Shown here one piece after another: positions 36,557 through 48,505 of a stretch of 49,415 bases of DNA. The notes under the pieces were generated by a model. It was not told the origin of the DNA and made no database searches. It worked only from the letters and a program-made list of their open reading frames with translations. Origin of the DNA: Chiloscyllium plagiosum. Taxonomy: Eukaryota. Every line of letters begins with the position of its first letter. The stretch's first letter is position 1. The DNA lies in assembly GCF_004010195.1 (NCBI RefSeq), contig NC_057750.1, positions 15,051,273 to 15,100,687 of the forward strand. Reading direction: 5' to 3'. The translations under genes and the position numbers were made by a program.

Positions 36557-36995
36557 TTAGCTGGGCAGTAAATAATTTGTAATACCTGGTAACTCACTTT
36601 TAGCAGTCAAAGGGACAACCCCGAGTGGCAGAATCGAATACTTCTCTGTTTCCACATGCAAGTCTGTGCCTGTCCATCTGGGGTAGATGCTGTGATAAGC
36701 TGGAGGTTCCTCTAGGTTCTTGAGGTGAGTCTCAGCAGACAGGCTTGTGCCACCTAATGCCAGGTCCATTTGGTAAGAAGGACTGAAGTGACCTTCATGA
36801 AAACTGTTCCCGTTTAACATTGGGCGTTGCATTGTCTGAGGGTTGCATCGCAAACTGTGTGGTCCAGCTGGAAGCACTGAGATGATCTCTGAGGGTGGGC
36901 AGAGTTTCACTTGATCCTTGAACACTGCTTCCTCGTAGGTTGGTAAGGATATTTTGTCACCGTGAGCTGCACAATCCTCGGGCTTTCTTCTGCAC
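36557..36995 (-). CDS. SUSD6/SUSD4-like protein, cytoplasmic exon with LPTYEEAV and PPAY motifs
   Basis: 146 open codons including the stop (ORF track 36557..37015). Acceptor attccag|G at 36995 restores the frame after the TM exon. HGDKISLPTYEEAVF resembles SUSD6 DGVQVALPSYEEAVY. A possible internal donor lies after 36586. Confidence 0.7.
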
Positions 36996-37038
36996 CTGGA
37001 ATGATATTTGAGCATCAGGCATCACACAGCTCCCTGCT

Positions 37039-37062
37039 GTGAGAGAGAGAGAGAGAGAGAGA
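37039..37062. repeat. (GA)n microsatellite, a polypyrimidine tract on the - strand
   Basis: gagagagagagagagagagaga. Confidence 0.9.
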
Positions 37063-37367
37063 CCTGGTGCTGTGGTAGTGTTCCTACCTCTAAACCAAGA
37101 CAACCGGGTTCAAGTCCCACCTGGTGCAGCGGTGTGTAATAACATCTCTGAACACGGGTTGATTAAGAAAATAGATTAAATAAAAGGAGGGAAATCACTT
37201 GGTCCATCAAGCCAAGTGAGCTCTCTGCAAGGACAGTTCAGCTGGTTTCCACTTCCATTGCTCTGCAATTCATTTCTATTTGGCTGCTCACCCAATTCTT
37301 TCCTGAAAGCCCCAACTCAGTCTACATCCACCACATTCTCAGCCAGTGCGTTACAGATCCTCACCAC

Positions 37368-37668
37368 TTAGACTCAACTCCCTACAGTGTGGGGAAACAG
37401 GCCCTTAGGCCTAGCCAGTCCACGCCAACCCTCCAAAGAGTAACCCACTCAGACCCATTCCCCTCTGCCTAATGCACCTAACACTATGGGCAATTTAGCA
37501 TGGCCAGTTCACCCTGAACTGCACATCTTTGGACTGTGGGAGGAAACCCACGCAGACACAGAGAGAATGTGCAAACTCCACACAGACAGTCGCCCGAGGT
37601 TGGAATCAACCCTGGGACCCTGGCGCTGTGAGGCAGCAGTGCTAACCACTGAGCCACCGGACCACCCC
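37368..37668 (-). mobile_element. HE1-type V-SINE
   Basis: Reverse complement of the HE1 copies. Confidence 0.87.
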
Positions 37669-38149
37669 TACAATGCTTGCTGCAAAAAGCAATTTTTCTT
37701 CATGAGCTCTTTTTGGTTCTTTTTCTAGTCACCATACGTTGGTATCTGCTGACCTCTCTGCTCATGGGATCAGTTCCCCTCCAATGACTCTCGCCAGACC
37801 TGTCCTGATTTTGAATACCTGTATCCAATCTCCTTTCAACAGATCAGAGAGCAACTCCGCCTCTCTCTGCACTCCCTATCATCACTCTCGCACCAGATTT
37901 ATCTCACCTCAGGCCAGAGGTTTCCAAACTGTGCGATGGAGGGATAAGCAATTGATGCCAGGGCTACCATGGCAGTAATGTGGGGCAGCAAATCAGATTG
38001 GACCATCCTGGGATCAGCTGTCTAGGCACTTCAAAAAGTGAGAGGTTTTTTTAAAACCTGCGGACACAGCCTAATCCAGTGAGCTCTGAGGCCCAATCAT
38101 TGACACCAACAAAGCCAGCAAAATGGTAGGTGTCTTGGTTACATCTTGT

Positions 38150-38377
38150 AGGAGACAGTGAGGGCTGCAGATGCTGGAGATCAGAGTCGAGAGTGTGTTG
38201 CTGGGAAAGCACAGCAGGTCAGGCAGCATCCGAGGAGCAGGAGAATCAACATTTCAGGCATAAGCCCTTCATCAGGAATGAATCGTTTCTGATGAAGGGC
38301 TTATGCCCAAAACATCGATTCTCCTGCTTCTTGGATGCTGCCTGACCTGCTGTGCTTTCCCAGCAACACACTCTCAA
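38150..38377. mobile_element. Penelope-like inverted-repeat insertion, 16-bp TSD
   Basis: Arms about 38185-38278 / 38287-38379; TSD cttggttacatcttgt 38134-38149 / cttggttacgccttgt 38378-38393. Confidence 0.85.
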
Positions 38378-38562
38378 CTTGGTTACGCCTTGTGCCTGTA
38401 TTACCTGCTAATTGAACCCTCCCCACCCTCTACCATAAAATTCCATTCCGGATTCCCACCAAGTGTGAAACATTCAAATGGAAACACGGCAGAAAGGAAT
38501 GTTGGGAGCACCTTGCTCTAGACCTTACTCTGATCAGTCTACTGTGCTCTGGCTGGACTTAC

Positions 38563-38698
38563 CTGCAGTATTTTGAGATGACCTTGGGTGTGAAGAGGAC
38601 GCAGAGCATCAGCAGGAAGAGAATTGCTGACAAGCACATGGCCAGGGCTGCAACCACAGGCACTGAATGAGTCTCTGAGGGGGAATGGGACTCCATCC
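38563..38698 (-). CDS. SUSD6/SUSD4-like single-pass membrane protein, transmembrane exon (MESHSPSETHSVPVVAALAMCLSAILFLLMLCVLFTPKVISKYC)
   Basis: ttgcag|GG ATG...TGC AG|gtaagt; 136 nt, phase 1 to 2. Hydrophobic segment aligns without gaps to recalled SUSD6 TM (SIVASTASSVALILLLVVLFVLLQPKL). Confidence 0.75.
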
Positions 38699-38754
38699 CT
38701 GCAACAAGAGAGTTAAAAATAGATTAGCACTCACTACCTCGGTTACCAGTCAAA

Positions 38755-39320
38755 GTTGCAGAGTTTAGTTTGCTAAAACTATACAAGGCACTAGTCAGAC
38801 CACTGCTGGAAGATTGTGAACAGCTTTGGGCCCCTCATCTAAGGAATGATATACTGGCATTGGAGGCAGTCCAGAGAAAGTTTGTCAGATTAATACCTGG
38901 TATGGAGGGACCGTTTTCTGAGGAGGAGACTTTACTCATTGAAATTTAGAAGGACAAGAGACAACTTTATTGAAACATGCAAATTACAAGGCCTTGACAC
39001 GGTGGACGCAAAGTATAGCTTCCACTGAGGATGAGTCTAGGACCAGAGAGCATAATCTCAGAATGAGGAGTCATCCATTTAAGAAAAGAGATGAGGAGAG
39101 ATTTCTCCTGTCAGAGGACAGTGAATCTGTGGAATTCTTTACTGCAGAGGCCTGTCAAGGCTGAGCCATTAAGTATATTCAAGGCTGAGTTAGATTTTTA
39201 AACAATAAGGGCATCTTGGGTTCTGGGGAAAAGGCAGGAAAGTGGAGTTGAGGATTATTAGACTCCATTGAATGCAGTACAAACTCAGTGATCTAATTCT
39301 GCCTGTATGTTTGAATGCCT
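38755..39320 (+). mobile_element. CR1 3' fragment
   Basis: LYKALVRPLLEDCEQLWAPHL-like sequence and CR1 3' end. Confidence 0.8.
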
Positions 39321-40029
39321 CACGGTCACGACAGCGTCTTCCCCAGACAAAGGGCCTTACTACTACTCGCCCTCTGCTTAATATTTAGCCTAATATCACC
39401 TCTTGTACTGCAATGGGCAGCATCCCCATCTCTGAACCAGAAGCTCCAGGTTCAAGACCTGCTCCAGAACCTGATGGTCACAGAAGATGCATTCATAATG
39501 TAACCAAACATGGCAGACGGTGAGAGCACAGAGTCCCGTGGTCAGCCATGTTTGATGTTGATGACGGCCCTAGCAGCCTGTTCTAGGAAAAACATGCATG
39601 CACACGCACTCTGTCTGCCTTGTCCATCATTAATCACAGAAAGAGAGATGAGTATTAACTATCCGCCCCAGTTTATGAGAACAGCCTGAGTAATTACAGA
39701 GCTGCCAGCTTAGCTTTAATGCTGGAAAAATATTTGGAAGAAATTATGAGGATCAATGCTTGTCATCTTTTAGATTGATTTATTAAACCATCAACATCAG
39801 TGTATTAAAGGAAGGTCATTTTTTGATAACTTTGATTTTTTGAGGGGAGATAACAAGGATATAGAGGGCAGTTGTCTGTTTGATATACTTTGCATGGTTC
39901 GTAGCAAGGCTTTTGCCAAGATCCCATACAGCAAAAAAAAGCCAGGATCTGAGGTCAAAATGTCAAAAATTGGCTCAATGGCAGGAGGGAAGTGTTTGCG
40001 TTTTAGTGACCAATGGGAGATGGTAGTGC

Positions 40030-40590
40030 CGTACTAAAGGGGTCACTGGACTGGTAATCCTGGGGGGACACATTAATGCTCAGGGGGTATGGTTTCAAAT
40101 CCCACCATTGCCCCTGAAGTTAGTTGATTAAGGTTAGAATTGAAAAGTAATCTCCATGATGGTGAATATAAAATAATCGTTGATTGTTATTAAAAACCCA
40201 TCTGGTTCATCCCTTAGCCAGTAGATAAGGAAATCTGCCATTTTTACCCTATTTGGTTGACATGCATTTGAGAAATTTACCCATGCTCCTTGGACCACAC
40301 CAAGCAAACCCATGACCTTTACCATCTGGAAGGACAAGAGTTGCAGAAACATGAGAGCGACACCAACCACAAGTTCCCTTCCAAGCCACATGCCATCCTG
40401 CCTTGGGACTGAATCATTGTTTCTTCATTATCACTGGGTCAAAATCCTGGAACTGGCTCTCCAACAGCATCGTAAATGTGCCCAACATCAAATGGACTGT
40501 GGTGGTTCAAGATAGTAGCTCACCACACCTTCTCAAGAGCAACTAGGGACAGGCAATTAAGTCTGGCCCAGCCAGCGACGCCCATATGAA
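40030..40590 (+). mobile_element. L2-tailed SINE fragment (40030-40265) plus L2 3' end (40290-40590)
   Basis: aaaacccatctggttca..; gccagcgacgcccatatgaa tail. Confidence 0.6.
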
Positions 40591-40626
40591 TTTTAATATC
40601 AATGTGAGTGACCATTACCAGATAGT

Positions 40627-41311
40627 TGGAGAAAGTGGGGCTTGCAGATGCTGGAGATCAGAGCCGAGAATGTGCAAAAGAACAGCTGTTCAGGCAGCAT
40701 CCCGAGGAGCAGGAGAATTGACGTTTCTGGCATGAGCCCTTCATCAGGAATGAGGCTTATGAGCCAAGGGGTTGGAGAGATAAATGGAAGGAGGGCTGGG
40801 GAAGGTAGCTGGGAAGGTGATAGGTAGATGGAGGAGGGGGGTAAAGGTAGTCGGTTGGAGAGGAGGGTGGAGCGGATGGGTGGGATGGAAGATGGACAGG
40901 TGGGACAGGTCATGAGGGCAGTGCCGATGGTTTGGTGATGGGAAGTGAGGTCATGGTCAAGGGGGCAGTAGGAGGAGATGTGTGCGAGTTGGTGCCTGGC
41001 TTCAGCAGTGTAGCGGTTAGTGCGCCACCTTACAACTTAGCACCATCCTCATGACCTGTCAATCTTCCTTCCCACCTATCCACTCTCCCCTCCTCTCTGA
41101 CCTATCACCATTACCTGCAGTTTCATTTGCATATCGCACTCTCAGATACCTTCCCCCCACCTTGTCCCACCCCCTCCCCCCCTCCCCCCCCCTTCCCGTT
41201 TATCTCTCTACCCCATTGGCTCACAAGCCTCATTCCTGATGAAGGGCTTATGCCTGAAACGTCGATTCTCCTGCTCCTCAGGTGCTGCCTGACCTGCTGT
41301 GCTTTTCCAGC
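40627..41311. mobile_element. Penelope-like inverted-repeat insertion at a splice donor
   Basis: Arms about 40665-40918 / 41046-41311; hammerhead core 41236-41263; TSD accagatagt 40617-40626 / accagatggt 41312-41321. Confidence 0.85.
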
Positions 41312-41313
41312 AC

Positions 41314-41443
41314 CAGATGGTAGTCTAGTCACAGGCTCAGCCAAAATCAGAAACTGCAGTCCACTAACAGAATCAATACAGGGCTTTTTGTGACCATAAG
41401 CATCCTCTGATCAGATCCTCTGTCAAGCCCCATGTCCAATACC
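41314..41443 (-). pseudogene. Probable start/signal-peptide exon of the SUSD6-like gene, frameshifted and with a disrupted donor
   Basis: ttcttcag acceptor and gacATGG at 41433; 120 nt to the donor. Adding 1 nt gives an open MGLDRGSDQRMLMVTK...SGLQFLILAEPVTRLPS(G) ending in phase 1. The original gtaatg donor is displaced to 40618 by a PLE insertion. Confidence 0.45.
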
Positions 41444-41819
41444 CTGAAGAATGAGTCACATTTAGTTACATTCAGCAGAAACAGGTTTTTATTTGTGCAG
41501 TCAATCATAGACCAGAAATAGTCGCCAAATTGAAATGAAGTTAGTCAGAGCAGGAAGGGAACTTGGAGGCAATCTTTGCAAAGAGGGAAAGAGTGAGTTC
41601 TAGAATAAATTCCCAGGGAAGAAAAGGGATATGCTAATAGATCTTGCAATAAATGGATTCTTCTCGAGAGAAGGAATTCTGGGATTAGGGAAGAAAGAGG
41701 GATTTAGAAGGAGGATGGGATTTAAGGATTTATAAAGAAGGTGGGATTAAGGGATATGGGAGGAAGGTGGAATTGAGGGATTTAGAAGGAAGCTGGGATT
41801 GGGCAATATGGTGACAATG

Positions 41820-42265
41820 CCTAACATACAATGAATGGCTGAGGATCCTGGGATTGTATCCATTAGAGTTTAAAAGATTGAGGAGAGATCTAATAGAAAC
41901 TTACAAGATAATGCATGGCTTAGAAAGGATGGACGCTGGGAAGTTGTTTCCGCTAGGCGGGGAGACTGGGACCCGTGGGCACAGCCTTAGAATTCGAGGG
42001 GGTCAATTTAGAATGGAAATGAGGAGACATTTCCTCAGCCAGAGAGTGGTGGGCCTGTGGAATTCATTGCCACAGAGCACAGTGGAAAGCCAGGATGTTA
42101 AATGTCTTCAAGGTAGAGATTGACAAATTCTTGCTCTCACAAGGAATTAAGGGATATGGGGAGAGTGCGGGTAAGTGGAGTTGAAATGCCCATCAGCCAT
42201 GATTAAATGGCAGAGTGGACTCAATGGGCCGAATAGCCTTACTCCCACTCCTATGTCTTATCGTC
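41820..42265 (+). mobile_element. CR1 3' end
   Basis: RRDLIETYKIMHGLERMDAGKLFP..QRVVGLWNSLP. Confidence 0.9.
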
Positions 42266-42791
42266 TTAATGTAAGATGGCCGAATTCAGGAATATGGTGA
42301 GAAGATGATGAGCTCAGTACTTGGGGGTTGAGAAAGATGAGGTGATGGTGGACATGTTGAGTTGGGATGTGATAAGAAAGTGGACAGATGGGATTGAGCA
42401 TTGCAGTGAAGATGCCAGATGGATTGGGCGATGTGGAGAAAATTTGGATGATTGGGATTGAGAGATTTGATAAGAAAGTGAGTAGTTGGTGTTGAGGGAG
42501 AGGTGGGCAGATAGGCATGGTTAGTCTTAACTTCCAATATGTGACTCACGTAAAGCACCCTCTCCCCCTCCCACTCTCTCCAACTCTCCAAGCACTGACC
42601 ACTCTCCTGACACAAGCTCATGTCATCCAACACCTGAACCGGCACTTGGAGAGGGAAACAGGAGCAAACTTTCAGATTGGCAAAGAGAAACTTTGCTACA
42701 GGGAGGATCCTCAGACGGTCCTTGATCCTGTGATCCACAAGAAAACCCTCTTGGCTTTCAGTGATGTTTTTTCATCTCCTAAGTATTGAGA

Positions 42792-43090
42792 TAGAGTCAT
42801 AGAGATGCACAGCATGGAAACAGACCCTTCGGTCCAACCCGTCCATGCCGACTGGATATCCCAACCCAATCTAGTCCCACCTGCCAGCACCAAGCCCATA
42901 TCCCTCCAAACCCTTTCTATTCATATACCCATCCAGATGCCTCTTAAATGTTGCAATTGTACCAGCCTCCACCACATCCTCTGGCAGCTCATTCCATGCA
43001 CGTACCACCCTCTGTGTGAAAAAGTTGCCCCTTAGGTCTCTTTTATATCTTTCCCCTCTTTATGCCCTCTAGTTCTGGACTCCCCGACTG
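42792..43090 (-). mobile_element. CR1 (HER1-like) 3' end
   Basis: Nearly the same sequence as the 23488 copy. Confidence 0.9.
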
Positions 43091-43595
43091 GATCCTCCAA
43101 AGGCCATCTTCATGGGTGATCTTATTCCTTCCCTTAATCCTTCCCCCCCAGATCCCAGCTTCTCCTCTTGCCTTGCCCACGGTTTTCCCTCTTTTCTTTA
43201 TCCCAGCTTTTTCCCTGCAACGTCCAAGAGGTGAGTGATGACCCTGTCAGTCTGTTACTGGAGAAGGTGTTCCAGAGGGTTGGTTATGAAATAGGTAACC
43301 AGAGAGTTTTTAGGAGGTGGGGAGGGGGTTAACGAATCAGAGAAGTACAGACTGACAGCCTCTTCTTGTCATTATCTCTACTGTGAAACTTTCCCTGTCC
43401 TCAGACGCGTAATGTACACTGACAAACTGTAATAATACAGTTGTTCCTCACTCAGAGGTAAACACCGGGGGAGTCTGTTAGTTAGAAAATAACCCAGAGT
43501 TATGCAGTTAAGAACAAGAGTTACTATTAAACACAGCTAGTGACAGAGTTATGGAGTTAAACAGAGAGTTATAGTTAAACTTTGCCCGTTAGAGT

Positions 43596-44022
43596 GTAGG
43601 AGAAAGTGAGGACTGCAGATGCTGGAGATCAGAATCGAGAGAATGGTGTTGGAAAAGCACAGCAGGCCAGGCAGCATCCGAGGAGCAGGAGAATCGACGT
43701 TTCAGGCATAAGCCCTTCATAAGGAATGAGGCTTGTGGGCCAGAGGGCTGAGAAATGAATGGGACGGGGTTAGCACTGGGGAATTGAGCAAGGAGATGTG
43801 GCTGTGGTAGCGAGTCTGCTTTAGGCTGCTCCTCTGCACTGAAGCTCTTCAGCCACATCCGATCACATTCCCAGCTCCCTTACCCCCAGCCCCAGCCCCC
43901 TCCCCATCATCTCTCAGCCCCCCGGCCCACAAACCTCATTCCTGATGATGGGCTTATGCCCGAAACATCAATTCGTCTGCTCCTCGGATGCTGCCTGACC
44001 TGCATCCAGCACCACTCTCTCG
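43596..44022. mobile_element. Penelope-like inverted-repeat insertion
   Basis: gagaaagtgaggactgcagatgctggagatc start; inverted arms carrying cores near 43695-43722 (-) and 43942-43969 (+). Confidence 0.85.
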
Positions 44023-44565
44023 TTTGATTAGTTAGATATAGTTAGGGAGTTAAGCACAGACAGAGTTATTGTTAAACTCAGCAGTAACACAGAATTAAAG
44101 ACAGTAACACAGAATTAAGGAGAGCTACCTAGTTCAAGAGTTACAGAATTAATTAGAACTGGAGGGTTAGCAGCAGTTAAGGAGTGTAACAGAAAGGGAT
44201 TGAATTAGAGTTACTCACACATCAATTCCAGTCGTATTTACTGCCCGAATCCTGTCAGCACTTGTCTGCCACTGACCTTCACCAAGTTGCTCTCCTACCA
44301 GACACTATTTGGAAATACCACAGGTCAGGGCTTTTAAATTAACAGCAATGTGGAAACTGCAGACGTCATGGAGCGTGAGACGGAAAGCGGAAGGAGGATG
44401 TGGTTCTGAGAGTCTGTGTCTAAATATATCATCATAGAATGGTTGCACCACAGCCATTGGGCCCATTAAATTCATGCTGGCTCTCTGGAAGGGAAATTTG
44501 GCTAGTCCCAGTCACTCACCTTTCCTCTGCACGGTTTGACTCTATGGGTGCTTAACAAATTCTTG

Positions 44566-44858
44566 ATTAGATTAGATCCCCTACAGTGTGGAAACAGGCC
44601 CTTCGGCCCAACAAGTCCGGCCCTCTGAAGAGTAACCCACTCAGACCCATTTCCCTCTGACTAATGCACCTAAAACTATGGGCAATTTAGCACGGCCAAT
44701 TCAGCTGACCTTCACATCTTTGGACTGTGGGAGGAAACCCACGCAGACACGGGGAGAATGTGCAAACTCCACACAGACGGTTACCCAAGGCTGGAATCAA
44801 ACCTGGGACTCTGGTGCTGTGAGGCAGCAGTGCTCACCACTGAGCCACCGGGCTACCC
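44566..44858 (-). mobile_element. HE1-type V-SINE
   Basis: Reverse complement of HE1, with gattagattaga tail. Confidence 0.87.
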
Positions 44859-45605
44859 CAAAATTGAGTCAAGGTTCACACTATAGACCTCTTCTTGCAA
44901 GCCTTGTTGCTATCACCTTTTCTGACAGTAAATTCCAGATCCTTACCACTCACTGTGTAGAAAAACATTATCCTCATGCTGCCTTTGGTTCATTTGCTAA
45001 TCACCTTAAATCTGTGTTCTCTGGTTCTCAACCCTTCTGCCAATGGGAACAGTTTATCCCTATCTACTCTTTCGCGACCTCTCATGATTTTGAACACCTC
45101 TTCGCTCCCTTGTTTACCAAGAATCTATCCACTTATGCCTTAAAAATATTCAAAGGTTTTGCCACCACTGCCTTTTTGAGTTGGAGAGTTCCAAAGACTT
45201 GCGTCCCTCGAAGATTAAAAAAAAACTTCATTTCTGTCTTAACTGGACCAGCACTTATTTTTAAATATTGCCCCCCTGGGTCTAGATTTTCTCACAAGAG
45301 AAAATATCCTGTCCACATCCATCCTGTCAAAAATCCTCAACACCTCCTGGCTAAAATAATCCACTGAGTCTAAAGCAGAGTTTTATTAATGATCACCAAC
45401 TTATTTGCTTCTGTACTTTATGCCTCTGTTTATGACACCCAGCATCCCATTTGCCTTTGAACGTTTTCAACCTGCTATGCCAAACCTTCTAATGTTTGTG
45501 CTCACAGATCCCAGGTCAGCTTGTCCCTTCTGTCATTCAGAATGACACCCGTCATTTTACATCATCTCCTCTCATTCTTTCCTCCTGAGTGTGTCCCATA
45601 GCACT

Positions 45606-46625
45606 TAGAGTCATCGAGATGTACAGCACGGAAATAGACCTGACTCGTCCATGCCGACCAGATATCCTAAATTAATCTAGTACCGTTTGCCAGCATTTGG
45701 CCCCTATCCCTCTCAACCCTCCCTGTTCATTTACCCATTCAGATGCCTTTTAAATGTTGTAATTGTACCAGCTTCCTCTGGCAGCTCATTCACACACCCT
45801 CTGTGTGAAAGAAAGTTGCCCCTTAGGTCCCTTTTAGATCTTTCCCCTCTCGCCTTAACCCTATGCCCTCTAATTTTGAACTCCCCTACCCTGGGGAAAA
45901 GACTTTGACTATTCACTCTATTTAGAACATAGAACATAGAAGAATACAGCGCAGTACAGGCCCTTTGGCCCTCGATGTTGCGCCGATCCAAGCCCACCCA
46001 ACCTACACTAGCCCAATATCCTCCATATACCTATCCAATGCCCGCTTAAATGCCCATAAAGAGGGAGGGTCCCCCACTGCTACTGGCAGGGCATTCCGTG
46101 AACTCACGACTCGCTGAGTAAAGAACCTACCCCTAACTTATGTCCTATACCTACCACCCCTTAATTTAAAGCTATGCCCCCTCGTAATAGCTGACTCCAT
46201 ACGTGGGTATTTATGCCCGTCATGATTTAATGAACTTCTTTAAGGTCACCCCTCAGCCTTTGGCGCTCCAGAGAAAATAGCCCCTCCCTATCGTTCTGCC
46301 TCTCCCTATCGTTCAAACGTTACAACCCTGGCAACATTCTTGTAAGTTCTTTCTGAACCCTTTCAAGTTTAACAGCATCTTTCCTGTAGCAGGGAGATGA
46401 GAATTGCACACAGTATTCCAAAACTGGCTGAACCAATGTCCGGTACAGCCGCAACATGATATCCCAGCTCCTACACTCAATGCACTGACCAATAAAGGCA
46501 AGCATGTCAAGCGCCTTCCTCACCATTCTGTCTACCTGTGACTGCATTTTCAAGGAACTATGAACCTGCACCCCCAAAGTCTCTTTGTTCGTCAACATTC
46601 ACGAGGACCTTACCATTAAGTCCCT
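45606..46625 (-). mobile_element. CR1 3' ~700 bp with a younger CR1 3' end nested at about 45923-46207
   Basis: ORF 46320..46598 LYRTLVQPVLEYCVQF; nested insert flanked by tattta/tattta. Confidence 0.88.
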
Positions 46626-48077
46626 GCATCAAACTGTATCTGCCGCCTGCCTGTCCATTCCACCAGCCTGTCTATGTCCTCCTAAAGTCGAAACCTATCC
46701 CCCCACAGTTCAATGCATCTCCAAGTTTAACATTGTGGTTTGTGCTCACAGCTTCCAAATATAAGTCATAAATGTAGATCAAGAAAAGCAGTGGTCATAG
46801 CTCTGACTGTTGTTGGGATTTACCTATCTCTATTGACACTGCAATGTTTTATCCATGTTTCCAATGCCCTTTTTTATTCCACCAGCTTTAAGTTTGCTGG
46901 CAAGTCTGTTAATGTGGTACTTTATTGCATATTTTGTGGAAGTCCTTATCAACCACATTATCCACACAACTCTGTCACCCCATCAGAAAACTTAATCAAG
47001 TTTAGTTAAACATGATTTACCTCCAACTGCTTTTCATTAATTAATCAACATTTATGTAAGTGACTGTTAACTGTATCCTGGATTAGTGCATTTATAAATG
47101 TGGATTGATTGGCCTGTAGTTGCTAGGAATATCCTTCCACAGTGTTTGAATGATTCTCCAATACTCTGACTCCGTTCCTGTAACGAAGGGGAAGTAAATG
47201 GCCATAACCCGTACAGTTTCCATCCAGAGTAGAGAATGTTGGTAAAGAGAGTGCAATGGATGTTACCTAAAGATTTTGAGGTTGTATTGAAAACTCTCAC
47301 ATAAAGGGCTGCTTTCAAAATGTCATGGGATAGGTGGTCAGTATTAACTTGAATTAAAGACAGAAGACCTTGGAAAGTGGTAAAGTGTTTTTCAGACGAA
47401 AGTTGACAGGAGCAGGATTAGGCTATTCGGTCCATCAAGCCTACACCACTAAGTTAGATGGTGGCTGATCTGATTGGGCTTCTGAACCCCCATGTTCCTG
47501 TACCCTCCCATAACCCTCAACTTCCTTAAAATATCCAAACTCTATCCAACTCAGCCTTGAACAAATTTAGCGACCCAGACTTCGTTGCTTTCCAAGGAAG
47601 AGAATCCCAGACAAGGACAATCCTGTCAGGTACAGCATGTTTAATCTTTCTTCATAACATAATCATCCCAGGAGTGAATCACATGGATCTTCTATGTACT
47701 GACTCTAACACCATTATATCTTTTCTTCAAATAAGGAGACCATAACAATGCACAAATGTGGCCTCAACACGTCTTTGCACAGTTATAGTAAAATGTCCTG
47801 ACTCCTATTTTTCAATAAACAACATTCAATATGCCTCCTGATCACTCGCTTTACCTGCATGTTTGTGATTCATGTACTAAACTACCCAGAGCCCTCTGTC
47901 TCACCAACTTATGCAATCTCTCTTCATTTAAATAGAATGCTACTTCTCGATTCTTCTGCCAAAATGGGCAAGTTCATGTTTGCCCCATTATACTCCATCA
48001 GCCAAGTGTTTGTCCACTCACTTAAGGTGTCTGTGTCCCATTACAGACACTATACTTCTTAACAACTTCCTTCTCTA

Positions 48078-48505
48078 GCTGAAAATGTGTTGCTGGAAAA
48101 GCGCAGCTGGTCAGGCAGCATCCAAGGAGCAGGAGAATCGTCGTTTCGGGCATGAGCCCTTCTTCAGGAATGGAAGGATCCCTTGTCTCAGTCCCAACCC
48201 TCGAATTCAGCACCACCTTCCTAACCTGCAATCTTCTTCCTGACCTCTCTGCCCCTCCCCCTCTCCGACCTATCACCCTCACCTTAACCTCCTTCCACCT
48301 ATCGCATTTCCAACGCCCCTCCCCCAAGTCCCTCCTCCCTACCTTTTATCTTAGCCTGCTTGGCACACTTTCCTCATTCCTGAAAAAGGGCTCATGCCCG
48401 AAACGTCGATTCTCCTGCTCCTTGGATGCTGCCTGACCTGCTGCGCTTTTCCAGCAACACATTTTCAGCTCTGATCTCCAGCATCTGCAGTCCTCGCTTT
48501 CTCCT
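48078..48505. mobile_element. Penelope-like inverted-repeat insertion, perfect 15-bp TSD
   Basis: Arms 48077-48172 / 48375-48470; TSD caacttccttctcta 48063-48077 / 48506-48520. Confidence 0.9.

Noticed and set aside
41580..41815. Purine-rich degenerate repeats (gggatttagaagga); also the agagtta-rich flanks at 43480-44215 and the C-rich tract at 14450-14760
   Set aside because: Low-complexity sequence with no regular period or other supporting structure.
42550..42644. Open exon-like block (PVQVLDDMSLCQESGQCLESW...) as a coding exon
   Set aside because: Its only open frame ends in phase 0, incompatible with the phase-1 TM exon, and it has no recognisable homology.
44219..44418. 200-nt exon-like block considered as the missing Sushi exon (EGQWQT in one frame)
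   Set aside because: Stops in all three frames, no Sushi cysteine pattern, and it lies upstream of the ATG exon.
44678..45367. Longest ORF in the track (229 aa)
   Set aside because: Chance read-through across an antisense HE1 SINE and decayed CR1 3' fragments; no recognisable domain.
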